Assembly: GCF_964355755.1 (NCBI RefSeq)
Contig: NC_092677.1
Location: 27,701,175 to 27,765,174, forward strand
Source of the DNA: Antedon mediterranea
Lineage: Eukaryota > Animalia > Echinodermata
Reading direction: 5' to 3'
Length of the DNA: 64,000 bases
The position numbers and the translations under genes were made by a program. Positions 11,919-24,039 of the stretch are shown here, piece after piece. A model generated the notes under the pieces. That model saw only the letters and a program-made list of their open reading frames with translations. It was not told the origin of the DNA and did not search any database. Position 1 is the stretch's first letter, and every line of letters begins with the position of its first letter.

Positions 11919-14900
11919 ATGGCTGACCTCCGCAGATTGCCTTCTGGTTATATTACATCAATAACATCGGACATTTATGGCCCTCCGAGTATGGGGGATG
12001 ACACGAAAAATGCACGTATGAAAATTATCAACAGTCTTCGAGGACATCAGACTGTTGATCAGATGGAAATTGTTGATGACATTTTAGTAAGCGACAGTTC
12101 GTTACGAGGACATTATGATGTTGTTGATGTTGTGTCGCTACTGAGGAATAACATTAGTGGAAAGGTATGGATATATTTTAAAAATCAATATATTTATAAA
12201 AAAAAATTATGTTAACTTGAATAATTTCTGGCCCAAAATACTAATGGTTAACTGTACTTACACTGTACTTGGTTTAAAAAAAATCCTGTTTTCTGACAAC
12301 CAATGGTTATTTTTAAACTTTCAATTATAATTTTTACAGTTAAATTATTTTTGTGAAGTAAACAATATGTTACATTAAAATGGCATATTCAACAACAAAT
12401 TATTTTTCAGGGGGACAATATACATTGAATACGTTTAGTTCTCAAATTAAGTGGCCATTGTAAACCGGTATATTGCAGTCATTTGAACTTTGTACTCTAT
12501 GATAAGACTGTGACACAGCATAGGAAATAATGTTCTACAATACGTACTATAAACCCTTTTGTAATAAAACTAAATAAATATTTTTGATAAAGATATAACA
12601 GATAACAGATCGTATCTGTACATGAAATATCGTATTTGGTGATTAGGATCAATACGTTTAAAATGCATGGAGTTGAGGGTGTGTGGAAGCCTTAAAGAGG
12701 GTGGGGGTTCCTCTTACCTTTTCAAACTAGAGATATGCAGAGGAAATGATAAAATAAGCATATCTACAGTACCCTTTACCATGATCATTTTTTTCACTTT
12801 TTGTGGAAGTGGAAAAAAACAACCTGTATAAAAATCCTAGGGCTTGGTGGGGATATTGATTAATAATAATTATTGTTGCCTAAAACATTCTTTTTAGTCT
12901 GTGTCTCACATTCTTTAAACCTGAAAATACTTTGTACATTTTCTGTACATTTAGAGAGAAAGTGAAGCTCTTCAGTTGATTAAAACTGCTGTTGGAATTT
13001 TGGAAAAATATGGACGCAATCTACTGAAGCCTACAGCAAGCCGTCCTCCAAAATGGAAGATTATTTTCTTCTCAAATGGTGTTTACAAAACAAAAGTTGG
13101 AGTAGTTGAGGTGAACTAAACTCTATTGTCAATCATTATTATATTTCAATATTCTACAAGCTGTATAGTTGTTACCATAATATACAAGTAAAAAACAACA
13201 TTTAGTAATACTAATACACAGCTTGTATGCTTCATTATTGTTTTTCCCAAATTCTATGTATGTTTATCTTACTATTTATATATATTTTCTATCGATGTTT
13301 TTTGGGCACAGTTCAGTTTTGTACTGCTATGTCTTTTTTTTTTAATAAATCAGAATAGATAAAAAAAAATTACTAATTGTTATAATTATTGTTTTTGTTT
13401 GTTTAGGGATCAAAAACAATACTTAATCTGCTTGGATATACCTTATCCATTGCTGATGGGTTATCGTTCCCCAATGAAGTTAACCACCCTGATGAAGATC
13501 GTGTTCTAAAGATAGTTACAGACCTTATGATAGCTAAAGTAGAGATTGAGAAATACTTGAACAAAGTTCATCCTCATCCTGATGAAATTTACTATGTTCT
13601 TCACGGTGACAATCGAATGACATCAGTAAACACCGACATATATGGACCGGCAATGTCTGTTGATGAAAGAAAATTTCAGGATAGTAGCTATAGCTTTGGC
13701 TCTTCAATCTATGGTTCTGCTCCGAACACATTGCCTGGTAACATTCAAGCACAAAGTCAGCATGGAACAAATTTACAGAAGGAACACATGGCAGCCCAAC
13801 TGAAAGGACCTACTCACTCTCAAATTGATGGTCTTGCACAGGTTACAGAATCCGTACACAAACCAGAACCATCAAATGCTTCTAGCTCTACACTTGTTGG
13901 TCAAGTAGGTAAAGCTGAAAGTATTCCCAGTGATGGAAGTGGTAAGTAACTTGCTCGAATGTTATACAGTCGACTCTTTCTATATCGAAATCCCTAAAAA
14001 CTGGAAACTAAAACAAAGGGTTCCAAATTTGTTTTTTTACCATTCAAAATACCAACATTTTGGGAACAAAAACAGATTTATATTTTTAGTGTGTGATGTA
14101 GAGAGTTGACTGTACAGTATATCATTTTTTTTATACAAAATAGTGTTATTTCCTATTTGTGCTTGTTATCCTTCTAATAGTAATTTCTGATCGTAATTGA
14201 ATAGAATAAATAACTATAAAACATTACTTAAAAGGATGGAAGATATTTGATGACATATGCTATCTTAAAATTGCTAGAACTTTCAAGAGCTTAATACAGA
14301 AGATTTATTGTACCTAATTTCAGAAAACAGTGAGATCGATTGTAACTTATGTGGTGAGAAAAAAGCAGCCATATACTGCAAAGATTGTAAAAATGCAAAT
14401 TGTGTAGAATGCGATGGTATCTGGCATTCGCATCCAAAACGAAAGTCTCACAAAACCGAGCCTTTAAATAAAGAGAAGGATAAGATGGCGACAGCTGCGG
14501 TACCTTTGAAGGTAGAGCCACAATCAAAATCATTTGTATCTGCTGATGACTACAGCCAGACAAAGATTGCAGCAAAAGTCAAGAGACCACCATCTGAAGT
14601 TTTTGAACATACATTTGAGAATCTACAATATACACCCAAAGATCGACCTGAAACTTTAACATTTGTGTAAGTAGAAATTTTAGTATTACGCCTTGTTTTG
14701 CCGTATATATTACTTATGTATTATAATTGTAATGTGTTGAACTGATTTAAAATGCAACTTAATTAACAATTAAATAAAATATGTTGTATTTCAATAGTGA
14801 ACCACATGAAAGTGATCGAAAGAGACCAGTTGCAACACCAAGAAAAGACAGAACACCTTCAAGTGAAGAACCAGTTACTCCTTTAAATCCTTTTACAGGA

Positions 14901-17900
14901 AGCAACTTGCAGATGAGATCTAAGGAAGACAAGGATTTATATACTTTGCAGCGACAAGTACCTACATCAAAGACACCAGAGGATACTGAAGAACTCAAGG
15001 GTCAGTTATTGAGAAAAAGTATTGGAATTTTGGAAAAAATAAAATTAATTCAGGAAAAACAAGATATGATATTAGATGAGACGAGTGATGAATTCATAGT
15101 GCTGGAAAAAGAAAGAGATGTTCATATGTCAAGAAATGAAAGCTTACAGAAGCGTATCAAGGCTTTGGATACATGTACTCCTGGAAAGAGAGAATTAAAG
15201 ATCATGACCAAAGAAAGTAGTATTTCTGATCTGCTGCATCCAGTCATAAAAAAACCTCCTGTTGAAGATATTCTAAGTATGACACCAAAAAAGACACCAG
15301 AATCTGAAAATGCTGAACCAAGAAAATTAGTCGATGAGTTGGCAAAACTTGAAATACAAAGCGAGGGTAGCCCTGATGCCAAACATTTGATAAATCCTCC
15401 AGAAATTTACACTCCACCTCAGGTTGCAAATCGAGAACCAATATTATCTGCCGTACCAGTTCCAGCTGTACGAAAGAATTTACCAAATCCAGCAAGAGAG
15501 GGAAATATCACTGTGGAACCTCCAAAACAAACATCAGTTGTAGATCAACCTCAACAGGCAACACCAGTTATTCCTTCTGACAATGCTCACAGAATTGGAT
15601 GGGGATGTCAGTATTGTACCTTCTGGAATACTGACACAAGTTCTATCATATGTGGTATGTGTTCAAAAACCACATATAGAGATGTTGGAGTGCCTTCTCA
15701 AGGTGGTGATGGTGCTCCATCAGGAGTTGCTCAACAATCGACATCTGAATCAGAATTGATAACAAGAGATGATGTAAGTTTAATAATCACATTCTATATG
15801 TCAATGCAAAGCTCTGGTCTACACTAGCAAACTAGATTGACAGAAAAAGTGTGTCCAAATATGGTAGTGATATGATGTCATCGTGTCCATATATGAGGGA
15901 CATCACATTTTTTTGTCACATCAAGTTTGTTAGAGTGTAGACAGAGCTTTTATATTGTGCTATTAATTTGTAAGTTACAGTTTATAGTATAGATTTTCTC
16001 AATGATTTAATTAAATTGATATTTATTGAAAATTTGCTTTCAGATGGTACAAGAATTAAAAGTTGAAAGTGTTGTTAAAGCAAAATCTGGTACTGATAAG
16101 AAGACTAGCTTTGCATCTCACACTATGCCTCGAACCAAAACAAAATCTGAGGTGCCTGTATCTTTAATATCAGGTATGTTGTTGTTTAAATGCTATTTTC
16201 ATATATATTGCTGGGGAGAGGGCCTCAAAATGGTTTAATTAAGTGCTGAACTTAACCTGATTTGTTTTGTATTATATTTATTTACAGGATTAAATACTAT
16301 GACATTGACTGACATGAGAATAAAAACAAAACAAGAAGAGCTTCGCAAAATGGGCCAACAGTTGGTGACAGCTATCAGAGTAAGTACACATTTTAAATTT
16401 TAATCTTGATCTAGAAATACCGAAGTGCTGCCAGCTCATGTCTCATTTAATAGCATTTGGCTTTAAAATTTATCTTCAGGATTAATTTATCTTTGTATAA
16501 TTTATTCTATTTAGAAAGCACAGAATAAAAACTTTGATTTTGACACAATTGAAATGAGTGTGGCATTAGCTGAGCAAGAAGACAAGTCAGTGGATGTCTG
16601 GCTTGAAGAAAACCATGCTGATTTTATGGAGACAGTTACAGTCATTATAACGAATGAAATTAATGCAATTATACCAGGATCCAAAGTGTCTGAGGAACTG
16701 CTTTTGGAGCTTTTGCACAAACATGTTGGAGACATTGAAAAGGTGAAACAAGAATATGTTGGACACTTCTATCGTGAGGTAAGGATTAAGTCTTTCTGTT
16801 TACTTTATTTACTTCTTTATACTGGGAAGCATGTTCAGTATTAAACTTTTGTTCTCCTAAAGTGCCCAATATAAAATACTTCAAAATCTCTTTATGTTTG
16901 CATTCTTCATTTGGTTAAAATTAAGGGTTAATAATCATCATTAAATTTAAGGTTGCAAAAGTAATTATTAACAGTTAAGTGAAAGTCGAAAGGGGATAGA
17001 TAAAGCGTTGCCCCAATGAACTCCATTTACCATCTCCCTTCCTCCCTGATTTTGAAGTGAATTATACTGAAATGATTCATTAAAACTTAAAATGTGTAGA
17101 AAATAGATAAATATAAATAGATTTTACATAATTTCGTCACACAGATGAAAGAGATAGAAGAATTAAAACTTGAAAGAAATGGGCAAACTCTAAAAACAGA
17201 TGAGATTCAAGCAGAACTGATTAGATGCAAAGGAGATGTTGACAAAATGATTATGGAAGTACAAAGGGAAGAAATGCAAACATTTGTTAGTAGACTTGGG
17301 AAAGAGAATCCTGACATGAAAAAAACATTCTTTAGTGATCCAAATGAAGATCAAGAGGTAAATTGAAAATGTATTTTCATGCTTGCTACTAAGTCTAGTG
17401 CTACAGTATGTTTATCATATAGCTACAGTATATTTAAGTACTTTTATTTAAAAAATATTAGATCAGTAATCCAGACATTTTGTTTACGGAAAGTGAATTG
17501 AAACATATTTGGATTTTTTTTGACAGAGAAAACTTAGAAGTTTGTTTGCAGAATATGATCTAAAGGGCTGGATCAGAGCTGAGCATGCTTTGATATTATT
17601 AAATGAAAATGAAGAAAAGATTAAAGAGGATCCAGAGTATTTTGATGATGTTATTCAAGCTGTAAAAGATCAACTTCTTCTAGAAGAAGCTAAGAGCTTC
17701 CTTGAAAAAAAATGCTCTATGTGTTGGGATTTGTTGCCAATGACACGGGTATGCAGTTTACTTCACTTCTTTCATGAATTCTTGGACACCAATCTTTGTA
17801 TTTATGTTGATTTTGGTTTACTTATTAATAAGAAAAAATAAATTATCAATACAGTACTTATAAACTTTTTTTATGATCATACTTTACAACCACACCTAAA

Positions 17901-19013
17901 AACTTACAATGTACTAATACTTACAAACTAACTACAAATACTATACAACTGTATTTACTGTACAACCATACTTACACATTTACTATGCCATCTTAAAAAT
18001 TCACTACAAGCTCTCTTTTACAGCAGTAATACAATCCACACTTACTGTATAAGCAATCTTTCACCCACACTTAACATTTGCATTTTTCAGATGTGGCAAC
18101 CAATATTTTGTTCCCAACACAAGCAGTGTTTGGTTTGTAAAGAATGTCTTGGTACACACTTTACAATTTGCATCAAAGAAAAGAATATCATTGATGCTTC
18201 ATGTCCGTCTTGTGATCTCCCAAAACTTAAAGAAATGGGGAAAGCTGATCTGGCAAATTATTTTGCAACAATTGACCCTATGGTAAGTTACCATCAATTG
18301 TGTTTTATTCTATAATATTAAATTATGTAATTTTTTTCTGACATGCTTACATTTGAATTTCAACAGTAGTATTTTGGTAAATTATGAATTTAAAATTCAT
18401 TCCTTTTTTAGTTACGAAGTTTACTCAAGCCGGATGTTTTTGATCTTCTTCATCAAAAATTAAGAGACAGAATATTAATGGAAGATGAAAGATTCAGATG
18501 GTGTTCCGATGTAAGTAAATTAAATTAATAGTGTTGTGGCTCTGGTGCAGTTCCAGGATGCCCACACAGTACACAAACGTAGGCCTTTTTTTTTATGGTG
18601 TGTAGAATATTTTAATGTACTGAAAAAAATGTACTGTTTGTGTGTTTGTATATTTAGTGTGTCATTCCAAAACCTCACTAAATTATTTTTTGTTTTCTTC
18701 TAGTGTCGTAATGGTTTTATTAATGAAAGAAATGGACTTAAAATGCAGTGTCCGGAATGTAGAAAGTACTCATGTTTTAAATGTAAAAAAAAGGTAAATT
18801 TAACTAAAACTGTTAGCACTAATTTATTGGTATCTTGAAAACCCAGTGAAAAATTACCTTACATCACTGGTATTCATGGTTGCCTAGTGATAGAAAGTAT
18901 GACATGTTTTATTTTGCAGTGAACATTTTAGAATATATTTTAGAATTAGATCATGGACCTATGGTGCTATAAAATTATAAACTATGTGAAAATATACTTT
19001 GCTTTCAAAGACG

Positions 19014-19046
<33 letters not shown>

Positions 19047-21684
19047 CCAGGTTAGTTGTACTATATAAGCTAATATTTGTTTTCTCTTTTCTAATTTAAA
19101 AGTGGGAAGGACAACACGACGGACTAACATGTGAAGAATTTAAGCAATGGAAGATAGACAATGACCCTGACATGCAGGCTGCAGGACTTGCCAGACATCT
19201 AGAGGAACATGGCATAGGTATCTTACTCTTCATTATTCAATCAATCAATCATGAATATCATGATAAACTGTTAAATAATACATTTTTAATGAGTGGCAGG
19301 CCTAATTGGTGTAGACAATTTATTTAGTCTCTTTTCACCCCTTGCCACAGGGAATTAATAATTTGAAATAATTCAACCTTCAGATTGTCCTAAATGTAAG
19401 ATGAGATATGCTCTTGCTAGAGGAGGCTGTATGCACTTTACATGCACACAATGTAAACACGAATTCTGCAGTGGTTGCAACCAGGAAATGTCTTCGGTAA
19501 GGAATATATATTAATTATATTTTTTATTTTGAGATAGGCAGACATAATTCTTAACCTATCAAAAAGCAAAGATGAATTGATTAAGGAAACATATCAATAG
19601 ATGAGTTACAGTTAAAGGAGACGACAGAAAAGATTATATGTAGTAACCCTTCCCAGCAAACATTTAAAAAAAAAACATCTTTATGCATGTTTATGAATTT
19701 TGTTTTCAGACTTGTAGTCGATATGAATCTTGTGTCCGGAAAGGAATTCATGCCCATCATCCTAGAGATTGCTTGTTTTATCTGAGAGATCAAGATATTC
19801 CTAAACTACAGAAATTACTAAAGGTACTGTATGATCATTATTATTCTGGGTAGCTTAACAACCTAATGTAGCATTGATTTGGTTTTCGTGGGCTGATTTA
19901 TTTGTATTTGTGTTTGTAGCAGAAATTTTAATAAATAAATACGCTAATAAAATAATGTGAATGTTTGACATTAGTGCGCAATCAAAGCTCATTAGCAGAA
20001 GAATGATTTACTTCAGGTCTAGTGTGCATATTTATTATTATTATTCTTATCCTTCAGAACCACAAGGTAAAGTTTGACACAGAGAAAAGCGGTGTTGAAC
20101 GAAATGTTAAATGCACTGTGCTGGAACAGAAAGATGGCCCAGAAGGTCTTGTAGATGAAGCATGTGGAAAGGAGGTGAAAGCCCAAAATGCAGGATTATG
20201 CCAGTATGTGTGAATGTTATATTGTATTTTATTGATAGTGCAAGCACACTTGTGCATAGAAAAATGTAATTCAAGACATCCTGCATGAATTTCATTCCAT
20301 CACCATCTCAATACAAGTCAATATAAATACAAATCAATTTTCAGTTGTATTTTTTTCTGAATTTGAAACGATAAAAATGAGGAAATCTGTGAGAATGAGA
20401 AAAAGTCGCCCCAACCGAGACTCGAACCCGGACCGCCTGCTTGATATGCAGATGTCCTAACCATTAGACCACTGGGGCTTTCATGGTATTGTTCGAACTC
20501 GATTGGATAACGACTCTTTAACATTCTCGGCGTGGTACGGCGGAACAGCACTAGTCCTCAGTTGTACGCACGCGCAACAGAGATCAAATTGATACGGCCT
20601 CATTTATATATATATAAATAAAATAACAGCAGAAAACTTGGTTACTTCATTGTTTTAATCACTACAAATTTGTTTCGTACGACCAGCATGTAGCTGGCCG
20701 CATTCTTCAGGTGAAATATAAAACATAAGTGACACAGTTGTCTCATAGTGCTTAATAGAAGTGAGTCATCAGGAAGTCGTATACAATAGCCTATTGTTTT
20801 AGATAAACTATTTGGATCTGCAATTTAGTAAGAATTTTTTCCTATGTCTACAAGTAGAGACTAACTCGTTCTTACGGTTCAGTGAGCATAGCTCTGGTTG
20901 ACATATAATAATATACTTTTCATATATACATAAATTACATCTTTTGTTAATATTTGAGTAAGGTTTGCATTTCTTTATAATTTTCCATTTAATTGAGTAG
21001 TTTGTTTTAGAGTCTTTAAGTGTCCATATATATTTACTGAGTTCCGTTGCGTTTCTTAGTTTTTCGTTCCGGAATGAAGACGTATGGTTTCTGTATCTGG
21101 TTTTAAACTGGTTTTCAGTTAGTCCGACATATGTATTGAGCACTCGGTCTGATAATTTCAACCTGAGTATATATATATATATCCATGAGGCTCCGTGTAA
21201 TAAAAATTGTAAATAAAATCTTGATACATACTGTGGTATACCAGTTTTTTAATCTGAAATAAGCAAGAATGTTAATCAACAAGCCCCAGTGCACTTTGAT
21301 ATTTACCTGTTGTTGATTTGTTTTCCCTTTTCTTTTAGAGTGCATTATAAGGAGTATCTCGTTAGTTTGATTAATGAAAAGCACATTGACCCTGTTGAAT
21401 TATTTACAATTATTGAATTGGAAATATGTATCGGACGCCATGACATGAAAATACCTGAAAGAGGCAACGAACCTGAGGAGGTTTACCAAAAACGTCTCGT
21501 GCAAGTGAGTACAATAACAAAATCATTATTTATACTAATTAAAGCCCATTTTATTAACTTATTTTTTTTTAAAATTTGTCTCATCCTTGCATAATATAGT
21601 TCAATTATTTATTTAATTATTGATTAATAACTAATTATTTTTGTTTTTCAGATTGTGCAGACAAAGTTCCCTATTGGAAAATAA
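11919..21684 (+). CDS. RNF31: E3 ubiquitin ligase RNF31/HOIP (LUBAC catalytic subunit): PUB, B-box, NZF, UBA-like region, RING1-IBR-RING2, LDD
   Basis: About 19 coding exons (approx. 11919-12164, 12955-13110, 13407-13941, 14324-14666, 14798-15773, 16044-16173, 16288-16379, 16515-16778, 17145-17357, 17527-17748, 18091-18282, 18412-18510, 18704-18793, 19103-19217, 19384-19496, 19710-19823, 20058-20204, 21339-21504, 21652-21684). Diagnostic peptides: [10 protein letters not shown] and LGYT..DGLSFP (PUB); [17 protein letters not shown] (B-box); [14 protein letters not shown] (NZF); [20 protein letters not shown] (RING2, catalytic Cys/His intact); [14 protein letters not shown] and [11 protein letters not shown] (LDD). 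Confidence 0.95.
15809..15949. mobile_element. MITE family 2 (TIR AAGCTCTGTCTACACTA); other copies at ~32438-32563 and ~43019-43148
   Basis: Ends AAGCTCTGGTCTACACTAGCAAAC / GTTAGAGTGTAGACAGAGCTT; same interior (CCAAATATGGTAGTGATATGA) in three introns. Confidence 0.7.
20407..20478 (-). tRNA. tRNA-like gene or tRNA-derived element (Glu/Asp-type body, anticodon AUC) in the RNF31 intron
   Basis: Reverse strand folds as a full cloverleaf: GCCCCAG TG GTCT AATGGTTA GGAC A TCTGC ATATCAA GCAGG CGGT CCGGG TTCGAGT CTCGG TTGGGGC G; A and B boxes intact; T5 run 3 nt downstream. A32 and the AUC anticodon are non-canonical. Confidence 0.65.
20617..21167 (-). mobile_element. 5'-truncated Penelope-like retroelement (C-terminal GIY-YIG endonuclease plus 3' region) inserted in a (TA)n tract
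   Basis: ORF 21161-20808: [32 protein letters not shown]....CRH, the GIY-YIG pattern of PLEs; TA runs on both sides (~20606-20616 and 21168-21182); hammerhead in the 3' region. Confidence 0.85.
20659..20714 (-). ncRNA. Type I minimal hammerhead ribozyme
   Basis: Minus strand: UCAC CUGAAGA A-UGCGGCCAGC-UACAU-GCUGGUCGUA-C GAAA C-AAAUUU-G UA GUGA. Stem I UCAC/GUGA, 10-bp stem II, 1-bp stem III with palindromic loop, GUA cleavage triplet. Stem II closes with an A-C mismatch. Confidence 0.8.
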
Positions 21685-23015
21685 AAAATACATATGTAAT
21701 GTGTAAAATACATATATAATGTGTTTCAGTCAGTTATTTGTTGTTTGTAAAATTTATGTTTAAAAATGTATAATTTACTTTGATCAACTGAGGCAGATAA
21801 GATACAACACACCATGGCCCTGTTTCTGCTGCCAAGAAAATACCGTATTTTATACGGTATTTTTATACCGTATTTTGAGCAGTTGCAGCAGAAACAGGCC
21901 CCGTGATATTCAATGTTATATTGATCAATAATCTCAATTATTAGGTCATGTAAGGGAAACAAAATATAAAATAATAATATTGATAATTCATTATATTGTA
22001 ATAATTTTTATGACAAATGTTTAATACGGTATTCAGTCTTGAAAAGAAATGGCAAAAGGGTTCCTACTTTCTAGGAACTTTATCAGATAATTATTTTGAC
22101 AACTCTTGTAACTCCTAACTGTAGTTAAAAAGTGAATGCTTGATTTAATTCTGGCTTAAAGGTACATCTTGTGTTTTGGGTAAATTCGCTAAACTTAAAA
22201 AATGTGGATAAAAAAAAAACACAACAAAAGGGTCAAACATTTGTGACAAATTGTAAAATACATAAAAAAATAATAATAATAAGCAAAATAGTGAGGTCAA
22301 AGGTTGATGTTGGAATACAGTAGTCTTAAAAGATAGACCATATTAAGTACTATAAAAGGTCCCAAGACATTAGTAGCTGGACGATGGTTTTTTAATTTGA
22401 GTTAACTTTTTTTTGTTATGAAAAATCTTTCTGTTTTTTTTGCTTTATTTTTATCAAAAATCAAATCAAAAACTTCAGTAGAGTTTGGTAGTGGTTTACA
22501 TTAATATCATTGTATTTTTATCATTTCATTTATTTGATTATACATTTGACACGGACCCTTAAATTCGCGTTAATAAATAAGCTTATATAATCTCGTTGGT
22601 TAAGATTCAACATTTCAAAATAGTGATTGTTTAATCATACTTCTGCTCACCAAATAATTCTGTATTGCAACTTGTAATGGTGTGGTTACATTTGAAAACA
22701 ATTGGTATCTCAAATATGCTGCCATTTTATAGTACAATAACTGCACTCGCATTTTTACTATCTGTTTAGTCATTACTCAGAAATGTTAAATACACATTGA
22801 AATAACTACTTTAGTTGAAGGGTACTTATTGGTTCCTTAATCTTCGTCAATGTTTGTAGAAATATAATTTGTCAATGCAAAATGGTGTGTTGTAAATTTT
22901 AGGCGCCATATTGAAATACAATTATTTGTATTGGATATTGTATTGAATATTGTATTGAAATGTATATTATTAGGCCAATCTTTGTTTCATGGTGGGTTAT
23001 AAATTGGTACCTAAA

Positions 23016-23261
23016 AGGTGCGGATCTAGACGGAGACGATGCATAAACGAAAAGTTCCTAATACATAATATATAAAATCAAGACTACTTATCACATAAAA
23101 TAAATTGTGGGTAGAGTTAGAAATTTTATAGTGTACAAACTGTACTGTACTGTAAAAATTCAATCCTGATTGATATTGTAGTATGGGGTGTGGTGTTGAG
23201 AGGGCGTGCGCGTGATGCGCGGGAAAGATACGCGCGCACCCACCGTCTGGATCCGCGCCTG
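23016..23261. mobile_element. Probable non-autonomous DNA transposon (AGGTGCGGATCTAG...CTGGATCCGCGCCT ends)
   Basis: Imperfect terminal inverted repeats; similar GGCGGATCC/GAATCCGCC ends at ~4630, ~8140 and ~9925. Confidence 0.45.
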
Positions 23262-23279
23262 CCTAATCTTGTAGTATTA

Positions 23280-23431
23280 AGGGTCTTTCACACCTGTTCC
23301 GGCACGGTTCCGGTCCGGCGAATCGAACATCAATCGATATGCGCGTAGCCGCGTAAAATCGAAACATTGACGTTCGATTGGATTTTCCGGCGCCGGACTG
23401 GAACCGTGCCGGAACAGGTGTGAAAGACCCT
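23280..23431. mobile_element. MITE family 3, PIF/Harbinger-like with TTA TSD; partial copy at ~27686-27770
   Basis: Near-perfect ~40-bp TIR AGGGTCTTTCACACCTGTTCCGGCACGGTTCC...GGAACCGTGCCGGAACAGGTGTGAAAGACCCT, flanked by TTA (23277-23279, 23432-23434). Confidence 0.85.
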
Positions 23432-24039
23432 TTAGGTTGCAAACCGTTACTTACCAATAATAATTATTTACTACTTTGTGATTTTTATCAATTAAAATAA
23501 AGTAAAATATATTTTATTTAATGTTTAAGACGATTCTTAATTGGTGTACGCATGCGCTGACGATATCATTGCATTTACTTTGTATAGAATACAATACGTG
23601 CACCAAATTGGTTGAATTGGTGATCTAATATATAGCTTAGCAAGTTTAAAAACACATTTTAAACTTGCCGCCTCATGTTTCATTTGATGATACTTCATTA
23701 TTATCCTCTAGAAACAAATTGATAAAATTTATCGACAAAAAAAAGTTCTAAAAGTATCTTTGTTTTTTTTTCCATTTTATTCTCACACGACACCCTCCTC
23801 ATCCATCCATCCATCCAACGACATTAGAAAATGTAATATGTAAAGTGTCCATCACTGAGCCACAGTACAAATTCTATAAGTTGAAGTTGGTGTTAGGTCT
23901 ATGTTTGTTGATATTTAACCAGCGTACGGTTCCTAATTTGCATAATTAAACACTTGGAATTGGAATGTCAGAGCCTTGCGCGTCCAATCGGAACAAATCT
24001 CTTTGTGTGTACGTTTGCATCACCACTACCGTAATAAAC

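Noticed and set aside
20725-20780. Second hammerhead or SECIS in the PLE 3' region (CUGAUGA-CUCA...UGAG on the minus strand)
   Set aside because: No GAAA after stem II and no convincing SECIS geometry; no in-frame UGA in the remaining ORF.
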